The notes under the pieces are model-generated. The model did not search any database. It saw only the letters and a program-made list of their open reading frames with translations, and was not told the DNA's origin. DNA of 63,984 nt, filler included, from Octopus bimaculoides (Eukaryota), in assembly GCF_001194135.2 (NCBI RefSeq). It is 4 parts of 4 records of this genome, joined end to end, with 100 filler letters (N's around TTAATTAATTAA, not from the genome) between each part and the next. Parts side by side here need not be neighbours in the genome. Positions count along the whole stretch, not along the records: positions 62,679 to 63,984 come from NW_026334523.1; 3 more parts are not named here. One strand, given 5' to 3'. The first letter of the stretch is position 1, and each line of letters starts with the position of its first letter. Positions 63,533 through 63,984 of this stretch are shown here, piece by piece. The translations under genes were made by a program, and so were the position numbers.

Positions 63533-63984
63533 TTCAGTGAGTATACAGCAAGATGAGTACAAATCTTCAATATATTTTGTGTGTGTGAATATATATATAT
63601 ATATGCACGCATACACAGATGTAGAGTAGCTGTTCGCAGTGTCATTCATTCATAAATATACAGAGGTCGTTTGTGTGCATACATATTAATGTGTTTAAAA
63701 ACGAACAGCTGGATTTGTATATGCATATGATCAAATGAACAAGAATGAACGATTTTATTGTGTCTAAGTGTATATATATATATATATATATATNNNNNNN
63801 NNNNNNNNNNNNNNNNNNNNNNNNNNNNNNNNNNNNNNNNNNNNNNNNNNNNNNNNNNNNNNNNNNNNNNNNNNNGATAGAGGCAAGAGAAATAAGCATA
63901 ATATTAAGTTACATTTCAAACATTGGCGAAAGCATAGTGCTATTATAGTTCCAGTGAACCGAAAGCTTGTTAAATACATCTGAT

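Noticed and set aside
1-63984. CRISPR arrays, rRNA/tRNA genes, prokaryotic operons
   Set aside because: None seen. The sequence is eukaryotic, and tRNA-like boxes belong to SINE heads.

Overview
AT-rich, microsatellite-dense, repeat-packed animal genomic DNA. The SINE and RTE-LINE families resemble those I associate with Octopus; that assignment is recognition from memory, not a database search. Three artificial 100-bp linkers (44N-TTAATTAATTAA-44N) split the window into four blocks whose true adjacency is unproven. Host coding sequence is sparse: two paralogous 147-nt VWC/pacifastin-like exons (minus strand, 1.1-3.0 kb), two exons of a voltage-gated Ca2+ channel alpha2-delta subunit (minus strand, 60.3-61.6 kb), and a few unassigned micro-exon candidates. 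The rest is decayed transposons: Penelope-like elements with type I hammerhead motifs, R4/Dong, RTE and two head-to-tail Tx1/L1-clade LINEs, Tigger, a Tc1/mariner MITE and SINEs. The most notable object is a Helentron/Helitron2-type rolling-circle element (about 5.0-12.9 kb). Its Rep-helicase frame runs, with frameshifts, into a ubiquitin-specific protease (USP, peptidase C19) domain with Cys, His and Asp/Asn boxes still present. A Buster hAT transposon with a clean 8-bp TSD interrupts it. The second most notable is the Tx1 tandem, where the motif GTTTGAAA(A)CGG recurs at all three element boundaries, suggesting site-specific insertion.
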